From a virus: a stretch of 64,000 nucleotides of DNA. Of this stretch, positions 31,901-42,100 are shown piece after piece. The translations under genes were made by a program, and so were the position numbers. Location of the stretch: positions 42,406 to 106,405 of the IMG/VR virus record IMGVR_UViG_3300029319_000012. One strand, written 5' to 3'. Each line of letters begins with the position of its first letter. Positions within the stretch are counted from its first letter, which is position 1. Below the pieces are notes generated by a model that was not told the DNA's origin, searched no databases, and worked only from the letters and a program-made list of their open reading frames with translations.

Positions 31901-34327
31901 CGCAGCGTTTCATCCATTAAAGAGTTTTTTAAAAAAGGAGATGGAGAGTTTGCTAAAATAACTCACATGTTTGAAGATTATATTGATTTAGTACGAAACG
32001 ATGAGACTCAAGGCACATCGCCGAACATGTTTTCTTCTTCAGCTCGTGGTCAGGGATGGAATTTTTTCATTGAAAACCCAACTTCACCAAAAGCACAGAA
32101 TTTTGGTCAAGTTGCATATGAAAATTCTGTACAGAATTATCTAGCCGAATCAATGCATTTCTTCTTGGATGACATTCAGCCAAATGTTAAAATGCCAATA
32201 TTGTTTTCTAATTTAATGGAAGATGATATTAACTTAGATATTGATAAGCGTTATCATGCCGGAATTACTTTGCAAATGGGCAAAGACCAGGTAATGTGTG
32301 AAGGTCCTAGAAATGCCGGCATGCATATCTCTTCATCTCAAGAGTTTGGCGAACGTGATTCAACTTTAAATTATAGAATTACTGAACAGTCTGATCCATA
32401 TTATATTAGTCGACAGCCATCTTTGCGCGGCTACTTGTACGGTGGTCCTTGTGAGATCGTTGATGCTGGTGCAAGCTTTGTAACTGCTGTTTCATCTTCT
32501 GGTAAAGTTGCTAGCAGGTTCAGCTTAGTTAAAACTGACCCTGAAGGCTACTATGCATACAACCTGCAAGATCCTGCGTATCAAGCATTTACACCGCCGT
32601 ATTTTTATGGCAAGAGTAGTTTAATATTTAATTTTGAACCTGAATCTAGTGTTACAGACTTATCTTCAATTTTTGCTTCTTGCCAAAGCACTTCAGGTTC
32701 TATTTTTGAAGAGCTGTATGATTTAGAAAACGGACTGGCTAAATCAGTGCCGACAACTAGCTCATTATCTAAAAAATCTGCAAATAGGATGAAGATTGAT
32801 GCTAGTGTTGATATTTTTAACCCGCTGGTGCAATTCACAAACTTAACAAGCGGGCAAAAGCAAAAAGTTTGGTATATTACACCAAAATGGATTTGCCCTG
32901 TGCTTGATTTTTCGTCTTCATTTGCAGCAGTTGAAGAAGTTAAGTATACAAACAATCCAACTTTAGTTTCAAAAGAAAAAGTACGTAAGTTTAAGCTTGT
33001 AGAGAACATTTATCATGACGATACCACCGGAAAGTCAATGTGGGGTGGCTATGGAACTGATCCTTATGACTTTGCAGCAATGGATGAGATTTATGCTAGA
33101 GAGGGTAAAACTGCCACTGAATTTGAAAAAGGCATATACTTGTCTGTTGATGAAACTTTACAACAACAAAAAAATACCGTTTCTCTTGATGTTGATTTAA
33201 GATCTGATTTATCAACAGCAAGGTCTTCTTTTATGGATAGACAACAATCTGCAACCGATTTTACAACTGGCTCGATGCTGTCAGATTTAAGCATATTTGA
33301 TACTCAAAGAGTGCCGATTGGAAAAATGGCTCAAAGTAAAGAAATACATGAAGCTATAGCTATTATTCCTTACTTTGAAAGACCGCTGAGTTTTGGTCTT
33401 TCAGCAAAAGCATCACAAACAAAACTGCCAGAATTGGGCGGCGAGATTTATGAAACTAGAGAGATAATCCCTGGCAAGCACTTCTTGCCTATTAACAAAG
33501 GAGTATTTGAAAATATTCTAAGTGTTATGTTGACACATATTTTATATGATCCAGGTGATCCAAAGTATGGACAATTTTTTGGCTCTACATTAACTGATTA
33601 CACTGATGCAAAGGCAACTGATTGCGGCAGAATGATATCCGCTCTGCTTGGAGATCCAATTAGAAACAGCAAACCCGCATACCAATTGCCTCCAGAATTT
33701 GATTTTATAAATAATGCTGCAGTTGATCCCTTTCAGATTATGATCATGCCATTCTCTCACAAGCTTTCAAAGCAAGATTTAGTTAATATATATCAAGGCA
33801 TTATGCCTGATATATCCATACGTTTGCAAAAAGTTATTGAAGAAGTGAGCGTTCGACCTACAGCTGGCATGGGCAATCCAAATTTATACCCCCCTGTTGA
33901 TTTAGGTCCTGGACTACAAAACGTTAGCCTTGCTTCGTTTGGATTAGCTAACTTCTTGTCGCCAGCGGCTTTAAATGCCAGCAAGGGTCCTTTTGGTCAG
34001 CTTGTTGCTGATTCAAAAAAAATTATGGAGCTGCCGAATTGGACGTCAAAAGATTTTTACAAAAACTTAAAATTTATGACATTTAAAATAAAACAAAAAT
34101 CTATAAAAAATTATGATAGATACAAAAATAGACAAGTATCTTTAGGATTGCAAGCTAAGTTTTTAGATTCCAATATTAATTCTTTTGAGCTAGACATGTC
34201 TTCAGATCACAAAAAATATTTATATCAAATATTTAGAGATGAGGTGTACGGAACAAATTGGCCATATGATAATTTTTCATTAATTGAAGCGATTAAAATG
34301 GATATAGAAATTGGAGTTGATAAGTAG
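28970..34327 (+). CDS. 1785-aa hypothetical virion structural protein
   Basis: Long ORF within the baseplate/tail block; GAGG RBS; Ser/Thr/Gly-rich. Confidence 0.75.
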   Translation: MAISGSLNFITSSKFAIISDGGSPTFGDDESAENGLDGVLYNFDFVGLNVGINEPISSSANTLGYPADVDVAEYINNKKPGGTYLVEELTSDHRAKVLNPLLHHRNGPYQHPSWKQIRGGNHPIARLHRSQNTMSIDFSQPRKKVVSYDFDENYPQPPEALNHVLIVSRSNGKTHPSLRHFYEPAVISHHKPMSYRIGAVTFRQPVHNEISYFSNQILNEKLDVSDGDINTTSSYKDKEIYYRTLHIAKAIGATNFLYSQTIFPRGINTYRKFKLLKPNYEEVAGTGPNGYDRALNRSFWSDTADGRLRTAFQALNSQETRQDNTISNLYSAINFSDGYGASPQASRTGSGDPASGFDFGVEFVPYHYTLNVAVSGNSSTDRPNNHKIAFTHNGIVANQINTMSGTLNEFGEPADGRAPFAILDAYQPYPISLLSKWPLEVRADIYDKPHYLTSTFGGNGLMIGLTPNSLSASLAGLGSSSYAARITATFGMVTRSAGELVYSTKPTIFFRQVPGTTIDFSDKTNRFFAAGGVGDSYKNPTNSLDATYAHPYPFGTYGGFKTNTKILGYSHATASLQYHRHVYPYNTPFWSTHKIIGRNPMYNSYEAFIGSELDTVFKEYSILPEFRFGDHLEYYDKLIQEYEKFPGPVFEAIKHEVQDDKLKLARAAKADLFGLFSQKEIFKYHKLNFLKLDGADHTASSDLQSLKDLDPSTVNYEYDELVGAVAEPTLDPSVPSALSNVQAYKRSQEAVNFYSKYSHTDRLINFSNLMAQNKSLFTNDDTTIPSKITFKCKAVKKLLPYDGFYPVTRTVQIGNYLKQAFGSDAILSSQQVSASGKTSILTTDEKLQGLLEHLMAPGVFYNSIKSGIAVDYPVIQTDLNRNRANTGRGGEGLINTNVFHYIPTDTVDDPNVLIQLVGSNSLTSSYGYGGFQSVGAAPVLPAILKKNAFSAGLQSSNPTDRDFNIGNFSSRLPFEYLRSVSSIKEFFKKGDGEFAKITHMFEDYIDLVRNDETQGTSPNMFSSSARGQGWNFFIENPTSPKAQNFGQVAYENSVQNYLAESMHFFLDDIQPNVKMPILFSNLMEDDINLDIDKRYHAGITLQMGKDQVMCEGPRNAGMHISSSQEFGERDSTLNYRITEQSDPYYISRQPSLRGYLYGGPCEIVDAGASFVTAVSSSGKVASRFSLVKTDPEGYYAYNLQDPAYQAFTPPYFYGKSSLIFNFEPESSVTDLSSIFASCQSTSGSIFEELYDLENGLAKSVPTTSSLSKKSANRMKIDASVDIFNPLVQFTNLTSGQKQKVWYITPKWICPVLDFSSSFAAVEEVKYTNNPTLVSKEKVRKFKLVENIYHDDTTGKSMWGGYGTDPYDFAAMDEIYAREGKTATEFEKGIYLSVDETLQQQKNTVSLDVDLRSDLSTARSSFMDRQQSATDFTTGSMLSDLSIFDTQRVPIGKMAQSKEIHEAIAIIPYFERPLSFGLSAKASQTKLPELGGEIYETREIIPGKHFLPINKGVFENILSVMLTHILYDPGDPKYGQFFGSTLTDYTDAKATDCGRMISALLGDPIRNSKPAYQLPPEFDFINNAAVDPFQIMIMPFSHKLSKQDLVNIYQGIMPDISIRLQKVIEEVSVRPTAGMGNPNLYPPVDLGPGLQNVSLASFGLANFLSPAALNASKGPFGQLVADSKKIMELPNWTSKDFYKNLKFMTFKIKQKSIKNYDRYKNRQVSLGLQAKFLDSNINSFELDMSSDHKKYLYQIFRDEVYGTNWPYDNFSLIEAIKMDIEIGVDK

Positions 34328-35337
34328 TGGAGTTTTTTAATAAAAAGCAAGACGTAATAGAGCTAAAGCTAACTCAGTTTGGTCGGCATCTTTTGAGTGC
34401 CGGTCGGCTTAAGCCAACCTACTATGCTTTTTTTGATGATAATGTGATATATGATTTAAACAAAACAGATGCAAATGTCACTATAAGCGAGCAGCAAAAC
34501 ACTGCGCAAGAGCGCATAAAGGAAACACAACTAGTAAAATCTCAAGTAAGCTTCTCGTCGCTGCAAAAAGAATATGATGATGCTGGTGATCACTACTCAA
34601 GTGTAGAAAATGCTTATGATAATTTTCAAAAAAGTGCAGAGAAGAATTATTTGTTGCCGCGCCCGATTGGAACTAGCAAGATGAATTCTAACTTTTCACC
34701 AGCTTGGAATGTAAATTTTTTAAAAGGATTTATTTCCAGCTCGGCTCCTTCTTTGGTATTATCAAGTTCTCATGGTGGAAAAAATGAGCTGAATATCCCT
34801 CAATTGTTTTCTCATATGCAAGTTGACGTATTTTCTAATGATGCAGATTCTGCTAATGGCAGCTTGCCATCTGATGAGCAGTTGGAAGTTGTTTTTGATT
34901 TAGAAAATTCTGAAGAAATTGTTGATTCAGATAATTTGTTTTTTCTTTTAAAAATTGAAGAGCAAAATAGTGAGTTTCAAAAAAAGAATTTTGATATAGA
35001 AATGTTTGAAGTCGAAGAAGAATATACAAACGATGGCATTAAGTTGAATGAAACAATTAGACCGCTTGTTTTTGCGCCTACTACTATTGACAATCTACAA
35101 GCGTTAGAGGCAAAAAACATTTTAGCAGATGAGAATTATGCTGATTATTATTTTGACTTGCTCGTCGATGATGAAATTGATGATGCTGTAATATGTCAGT
35201 ATGATCCAATTCGTCAAAAAATGGGTGTGTTTGCTGATGAAAGAGCAAAGACATGTGAAGAGGTTGAAAAAGAAGAGTCAGAGAGAGTATTCGACATTTA
35301 TGATGACGAATCAGACTTCCCAGGGGAAATTTGCTAA
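34327..35337 (+). CDS. Structural protein with tail-collar-like N-terminus
   Basis: GTG overlaps the upstream TAG; IELKLTQFGRHLLSAG...YAFFDDNVIY aligns with the N-terminus of the 42853 protein. Confidence 0.6.
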   Translation: MEFFNKKQDVIELKLTQFGRHLLSAGRLKPTYYAFFDDNVIYDLNKTDANVTISEQQNTAQERIKETQLVKSQVSFSSLQKEYDDAGDHYSSVENAYDNFQKSAEKNYLLPRPIGTSKMNSNFSPAWNVNFLKGFISSSAPSLVLSSSHGGKNELNIPQLFSHMQVDVFSNDADSANGSLPSDEQLEVVFDLENSEEIVDSDNLFFLLKIEEQNSEFQKKNFDIEMFEVEEEYTNDGIKLNETIRPLVFAPTTIDNLQALEAKNILADENYADYYFDLLVDDEIDDAVICQYDPIRQKMGVFADERAKTCEEVEKEESERVFDIYDDESDFPGEIC

Positions 35338-38300
35338 TGGCTTACGATGTAAATGAAGGCACAAATTTCTTACCTCACGTATATTGTGAAAAAGTTATTT
35401 TAGAGACCGGTCGCCAAAAGGTTGAAAAAGCCGGCGACGAGGCAATAAAGAAAGAGAACCAGTCGATTGATACAACTTCTTCCAATGATAATATAACTGT
35501 CACTTTAAAGCTACAGCTTTTAGCTAATGTTAGCACGATAAATAATTGGCTATCAACAGATGCTAGCGCTTTTTTAAAGGATGTTAATTTGTTCGATGGA
35601 CTGTTTGTTCAGGTTGTTCCTGTTTTTGGCTCACAAATAAGGTCGCTTAAAGCAAGCTACTTACCTGCTAATCTTGGTGACAAAGAACCAACAAATATAT
35701 ACGTTGCAGGTCGGCAGTTAAATAATGAGGATTGGCTGCCATATGGTGCAGTCGGCGATTCAAAAGCATCTGCTGGAAATTGGTCAAACATAGTATTAAG
35801 CACGTTAGCAGTTGAGGGTAAAATTCCCACACCAATTAAAGTTTCAACGGCTACCATTTTTGGAGAAGGGCAAGCAGCTAGCTTAAACGACGCTTTGTTG
35901 CAAGGCAAGATAAGAGAAAAAAATATTGATGGTCAAGTTTATTATATTATACCAATGACGTATAGTTTTGTCTTTTCCTCTCAAGTAAAAAATCTTGGAT
36001 TTATGTTTTACTCTTTAATTCATACTCCTTATATTGTTGATAAATTCTCAACAGCCGGCGGTTCTCTTAGTGGTAACGCAGCTGGTGTTCGCTTCGGGTC
36101 TATCAATGCCGAAATTGTCCTTGAAAATGGCGTAGCTCCTGAAACCAGGGAAGCGTTTACAACGCCCACTGGGAAATATTGGGAGGGCTCTGTTCACCAT
36201 CATGCGACAGGTATTAATCCAGATCAAAATAACTATCAAGGTGACGGTAGTTTTGGACCTAATAAAGGCTGGATGGCAGGTCAAAGGCACATACCAGGCG
36301 CACAGCAGCCTAAATTACAACTCAATCAAGTTGCAAACTACAAGATTGACGATTTTAGAACAGGAAAAGGTCCTAAGATTATTGACAATGTTTTAGGAAT
36401 TCTTCCTGTTACAGAAAATTCATCTACGTTAGCAATCAAAAGAATAGATAGCCTAATAGGCGACTTTCAAAAAGAAACAAAGAAAGACCTTGAAAGAAAA
36501 AATGATGATGAATATTCAAAACTATATTTATCCAGAGACGCATCGGGCGCAGCCAGAGGCTTGTTTTTTATAAATATTTATAATTTTTTACGAAACAACT
36601 CAGAGCTGTTCAGTTCTCTGCAGGGACCACAAGGCATGATGACTTCAAGTCTAAATGAAATAATTGAAAATTGTAAAATTTTAGAATTAAAAGTATACAG
36701 AGATAGAGTTGAAGAAAAAAGTATATCTGGTAGAAAACAAAAAATATTTAAAAATGATACTTTCTATGAGCAGTCATCGTCATTAATTGGTGTCTTGTCT
36801 GACATTGAGACTTTTGGAGACCCAACTCAAACAAAACAATTGCATGAAATGTCTTTATCAAATGTTTTCGATGGTCATAGATATTTTGTCTTTGAGGACA
36901 AAGGCACAATTGGATTGACCGCTGGAGCCTATCAGTATAGAATCGAAATTAAGTTTAAAAACGGCACATATGAATTTATGAACACATATATTCAACGTTT
37001 AGAACTAATCCGCTCTAAATTACAGCAGTACTATCAACTTTCTCTAAGTGGAATACCTATTGATCAAGACAATAAAGTATTTAGAAATTCAATTATTTCG
37101 AATACGTATAAAGGACAAAGGTTTAAGCAGTATTTCGACGATCAATATGGCACGTTTGTGCCAGAATTTGCCGATACAATACTTGAAGAAGAATTTTCTG
37201 AAAGTAAGTTTCGCTTGGCAGGTGATAGTTTTTATATCTTCGACTCTGCTATTTTTGAACTTTCAAAAACAGGACAATTTTTTGATTTTATTAAGGACTA
37301 TAACGATATTGGAAATGTATTACTGTCTATGGTTAGTCCAATTTATGGCTCGCCACAAGGTATTAGCCATGTGATAAAAATTTATGATGCCCTAATAGGC
37401 AGACTGGAAGCTGTAACACGTATTAAAAAATATAAAAATGGCGGTTCTGATTTAACTTCAAAAACAAACACAGTTACGAACTACCAGGGCGGCTCTAGCT
37501 CTCCTATTTTTAATATAATCGATGATAGCCATGAGTTCGATGATCCATCCTCGCTTTACAAAGTTACACAAAATAACGAAGTTTTCGTTGATTATTTAGA
37601 AGTTCATCGTAGCCGCTTGCAAACAATAATTCAAGGCTTAAGGTCGGTTACTCCTGAATATTTTAAACAAAGGTGCCAGCTTGATGCGGCAAAGTTTTCT
37701 ACTTTTGCTAATAATTCGGAAGGATTTACTAATGTTGATATTGCTCGCTTGGTGCCCGATCAAGCTTTTTATTCTAACGCTGACAACTTCAAATTGGCTG
37801 TTAAGAATAATTTTGCTGGACCTACAATAAAAACGGTATCTGTCTCAAAAGATACGTTAGATAAAACAGCTTATAGCTTTTTATCGCCATCTATTGTTTT
37901 TTATAGAAATAGATCAAATAATAAATTAATGTTTTTTGATTCGTTCAGGTTAAACGCTAACGAGAAATTAAATACATTAGGCGGTAACTTGCTAGGTGCT
38001 AGTTTGCAAGGCGCAGATTATGATTTTTTGCTTTCTCATCTTGTTAACTTTTCATTAGAAAACAAAGAAAACAACGCAACACCCACAGATACGAACTTTC
38101 ATCCTTTTAGTGAATCTTTAGGCTCAATGTCCGCTTTGCTTGGAAAGTTAAATATTACAGCACATTCTGTATCAAATTTTAATGATTTTTATGACAAGGA
38201 GCCAGGTGCTGTCAATGGGGCTCTAGATGGAGTTTTAAACAGCTTTAAAGACATTTTTCCTTTAAAAGTACAAGATCATTCAGATGGACCGCTCAATATA

Positions 38301-39125
38301 GATTCGCTTAAGTTAAAATTGTCAGAATTTCTAACAAGAACAAACATACAGGGCATTAATCTTCCTGCGGCGAATGTGCTAGGTGGTATTAGTAATTACT
38401 ATACACAAAAATTACAAATACCCAACAACTTTAAACTTTATGATTATTACACTAACAGAAAAGCTTATGGCGTTCCAACAGATGATTTAAATCCAGTTTT
38501 TAGAAAAGCTTTTGAGGCAACAAAGCAAAATAATTCTATGTTATTTTTTAATTTTAACATGACTGCAAGAGTCGAAGTTTTTATACCAAATACTGCACTA
38601 AGTGCTAAAGATGATGAGGGCATGTGGCGCTTGCTAACTGAGGCAGATTTAAATTTAAATGACAGTAAAAAACTTTTTTGCAGGCTTAAATATTTTAATG
38701 AGTCTTTGCTTGGAAATATTGAAATACCAACATTAAATAAGCATTTTTTAATATACAACGGTGCGAATCAAAGTGTTCCAGCAGTAACAAACAAGATAGC
38801 TGCTAGTTCTGTGCCATCTTCAATAAAAAAAGCAGCTGCTGGCTTCTTGAGACAAAAAAATATAAAGGAACTGGGCACAAGAGTCGCTGAAGCTCCAGCT
38901 AATCCTGTGCGCACGCCATCTCGCACACCAAGACCTCTTGATCGCGCTCGCGGCAGCGTAACGCCAGCTAGATCACCACGGCGCGCCCCACAGACAGCAA
39001 CCGGTCGTGCAGCCACTCCACCTCCAAGTCGTTCCACTCCTGCACGATCTACACCATCGACAGCACCTCGTAGCACTACGCCAAGAACAGGCGGCACAGG
39101 TGGCGGTGGAGGAGGAGGATACTAA
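35337..39125 (+). CDS. Hypothetical virion protein (~1260 aa) with a His motif and a Pro/Arg/Thr-rich, Gly-Tyr-ending tail
   Basis: ATG in a TAATG overlap at 35337; YWEGSVHHH...WMAGQRH; ends GGTGGGGGGGY. Confidence 0.7.
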   Translation: MAYDVNEGTNFLPHVYCEKVILETGRQKVEKAGDEAIKKENQSIDTTSSNDNITVTLKLQLLANVSTINNWLSTDASAFLKDVNLFDGLFVQVVPVFGSQIRSLKASYLPANLGDKEPTNIYVAGRQLNNEDWLPYGAVGDSKASAGNWSNIVLSTLAVEGKIPTPIKVSTATIFGEGQAASLNDALLQGKIREKNIDGQVYYIIPMTYSFVFSSQVKNLGFMFYSLIHTPYIVDKFSTAGGSLSGNAAGVRFGSINAEIVLENGVAPETREAFTTPTGKYWEGSVHHHATGINPDQNNYQGDGSFGPNKGWMAGQRHIPGAQQPKLQLNQVANYKIDDFRTGKGPKIIDNVLGILPVTENSSTLAIKRIDSLIGDFQKETKKDLERKNDDEYSKLYLSRDASGAARGLFFINIYNFLRNNSELFSSLQGPQGMMTSSLNEIIENCKILELKVYRDRVEEKSISGRKQKIFKNDTFYEQSSSLIGVLSDIETFGDPTQTKQLHEMSLSNVFDGHRYFVFEDKGTIGLTAGAYQYRIEIKFKNGTYEFMNTYIQRLELIRSKLQQYYQLSLSGIPIDQDNKVFRNSIISNTYKGQRFKQYFDDQYGTFVPEFADTILEEEFSESKFRLAGDSFYIFDSAIFELSKTGQFFDFIKDYNDIGNVLLSMVSPIYGSPQGISHVIKIYDALIGRLEAVTRIKKYKNGGSDLTSKTNTVTNYQGGSSSPIFNIIDDSHEFDDPSSLYKVTQNNEVFVDYLEVHRSRLQTIIQGLRSVTPEYFKQRCQLDAAKFSTFANNSEGFTNVDIARLVPDQAFYSNADNFKLAVKNNFAGPTIKTVSVSKDTLDKTAYSFLSPSIVFYRNRSNNKLMFFDSFRLNANEKLNTLGGNLLGASLQGADYDFLLSHLVNFSLENKENNATPTDTNFHPFSESLGSMSALLGKLNITAHSVSNFNDFYDKEPGAVNGALDGVLNSFKDIFPLKVQDHSDGPLNIDSLKLKLSEFLTRTNIQGINLPAANVLGGISNYYTQKLQIPNNFKLYDYYTNRKAYGVPTDDLNPVFRKAFEATKQNNSMLFFNFNMTARVEVFIPNTALSAKDDEGMWRLLTEADLNLNDSKKLFCRLKYFNESLLGNIEIPTLNKHFLIYNGANQSVPAVTNKIAASSVPSSIKKAAAGFLRQKNIKELGTRVAEAPANPVRTPSRTPRPLDRARGSVTPARSPRRAPQTATGRAATPPPSRSTPARSTPSTAPRSTTPRTGGTGGGGGGGY

Positions 39126-42100
39126 TGTTTCATAATAGTTCTGGTGATAAATTTTCAAATAAGCCAACATCCGAAAAAATTGAAGCCGCATTTGGCGATC
39201 CTGTCGATCAGGATGAGTCAGGCGAAGATTCTGAGTTCAGCTCTGACCCGTTTGGCACTGGCAATGCAGCTGCGACAGAAGAGGGAGGCACAACCAACAA
39301 TCAGCAAATTTATAGTAATCAAGCTCCAGATGAAGAAGTAAAAAGTGCGCTAGACTTAATTGGTAGTAAGGAGTATTTTGATTCACTTCAAGATGGTGCT
39401 GGCACCAGCGCTGGTGTAAGAAATCAAGAGTTGGCTCCAGGGCTTTCTGGGCAAGAGGTTGAAAAAACAAGCTGGGCTAAGACTGCTATGGAGAAAAATG
39501 AGGATCTTTTTGTAGATCCAAAAACAGATGGTAGATATCTAAGTGATTTTCTAGCCGAGCTAGTTAAAAGAAAAAAACATGAATTTGCAGATAACTCTTT
39601 GATTAAACAACCGACTGTTGGCAAGACAAAGACAATTGTAGATAACAATTCATACGCTTTGGTGCCTAGGGATCCGTCGGACTTTAGAAAGTACGATCCA
39701 AATCTCAAGAAGTCTGTGCAGGGCAATGTTTCATTGTCTGCTTTTGCTGGGAAAGATTTATTGCGAATTGCTCTTGGTAGAAACTGGGATTTTTCATTTT
39801 TAAGTGCAGGTCACAGCGAGCAAGTTTTTGGTATGAATTGGCGTCCACCAAGCTTGTTTCAGGATGAACAAGTAGACCTTGAAAGCTGTGGACCTCCTAA
39901 AATGGTAAACATCGAAGGTGCTCTGCAAGATGATTTGGGCTCGTTAGCAACAGAGGAAAAAATAGTTGTTAGTTGCGATATGCCACCGAAAGGAAACGCA
40001 TTTGGCGGCTTGGCTGATGCAGAAGCTAAGTGGGTTAGATTCACTAAGTTTGGTGTTACCAATGATTTAGCATCATGCCCGCCAATAATTAACAGCACAC
40101 AAGTTTTTTATGATCATTACCACGAGGGTCAAAATCCTTTTAATCCTGAAGAACAACAAACAAAAGTCGTGCCAGCTAACGCTCAAGTTTATAATCATAC
40201 AAATTATTACAATGAAAGAATTGATAGTTCAGAATATGAATCGATATTATCTTCAAGAACTCAATTGCATAATTGTCTACCAAGCATTTACGGACTAGCA
40301 AGTTTTGTTACGAGGCTTGGTACCAATCCTGCATCAATTTTAACCTATCAACAATCAATAGAAAAGTTTTTAAGCTTTTATTATGTTCAGACACAATCAT
40401 ATTTACAAAGTGCTTTAAATGCATTAGGACCAACTAAACAAAGTCAAACAGCTTTTGATACAAATATTATTTATAAAAGACCTTTCGAAGTGCTGTTTAG
40501 TTTATATGGCTCAATGGGCACCCAGCAATATGATCCCCTACAAACTTCTGTTTTAAACTTAGGATATGATAATCCTTTAGCTGTTACAACAAATATTGTT
40601 CAGAGAATTATTGATTCAAAACGCAAGTCCGCAACTTCATACTATGGAGACGTTGACAGCTTTTTTGAAACATATTTCAATGAGTACGCTTACAGAATAA
40701 CACAAGACTCACAGCTAAATCAGCCTTTTGGTGACAATACTAAAATGGCGTTGTTAGAAAAATCTTTTACAAATATTATTTTTGATCCTGGCGTTGAGAC
40801 AAAGCTTGATTTTTTGATTGATTTATATAAAGATCGATTTCCTTTTTACACTGAAATAAGCTTTACAACAGCAAATTTTTCAGATTTAGGTCAAAAAATA
40901 CATGATTTAAATTTAAATAATTTATTCATATACCACCTAGCAGAATCAAATTCCCAATTTAGGGTTAATAGATTCAGAGAAAACACAACGCTTCTTGGGT
41001 TGCTGGATGTGCTATTTCCTCCAGTATATGTACCCCCAGCAAATATTGAAGCTATGACATCAGCGCTGTTGCCTGAATCTGATGAGCCTGAAACTTCCTC
41101 TATTTTTGCTGGATTACTTGCTGAAACAGTTGAGGATACAGAGGCGTCTGTAGAAAACCAAGTTGACACTGGTGTTGATATACCTGCTGAATCAACTTTG
41201 TATGATAAATCTTCTATCGCACCTTTTGTCGATTATAATTATGAAGCGCTTGTATCCATCAACAACGATGGAACAACAACCACAGAGACAACTCAAGTGC
41301 CTGTAGAAAATGAAAAGAGAATAACTGATATTTTTGAAATGCTTAACAACTATGTTGAGTCAGGTATTGAAAATTATTTTGTAGATTTTGATAGTGACAC
41401 ATTTGACATAAGAAATTTTGTCTCTCATATGCGTGCATCTTTTGACACGCCGGCACAAAAACAGGGAGAGTTTGGAGAGAATTTAAATGATTTTCTAGCC
41501 AAGACTGCAGGTGTAATACTTAGAAATGAACTCTTCTCAATATATCAAACAAATAAAAGATCTTGGCTTGACATTATGGAAGGCAAGCCAGCTTATACGG
41601 AAAATTTATTTTATAGAATTGAAAAGTCGTTAGTTACTGAAGCTAGCGATCGTCAAGTTATACAGAATATTTTTATTCCAAATCGTAATAAAACTCCCGA
41701 CGCGATTATCAAATTTGTCGATACGCAGGTTAAGTATCATACAGATATGAAATATAAGTATAGAGTTTTTGTTCATCGTGCTGTATTTGGCGCTAAATAT
41801 TATTATAGGTGGTTTACTGGCTCTGACGAAGGCGAGGCGTTTTTATCAAATCAAGGACCATATCCAAGAGTTGGTGCAGCAACCACCACTGATGAGCAGC
41901 TTGAGCAACTACAAGAAGACGGTACCAGGTTAGCAGGATTAAACTTTTACAACCCTACAACGCCCGATGGTACAAGCGCTGCTGATATGCCGGGTGAAGA
42001 AGATGGCATGCTAGACGCATCAAAGTTTAATCACTACGAGCAATTTTCTGCAGTATTCAAAGCAATTGTTGAGCCTTCAGTTAAAATTGTTGATGATCTT

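Noticed and set aside
38768-39191. Arg/Gly-rich and Cys-rich minus-strand ORFs
   Set aside because: Antisense products of the GC-rich low-complexity tail of the 35337 gene; unlike the 52323 peptide they do not occupy their own gap
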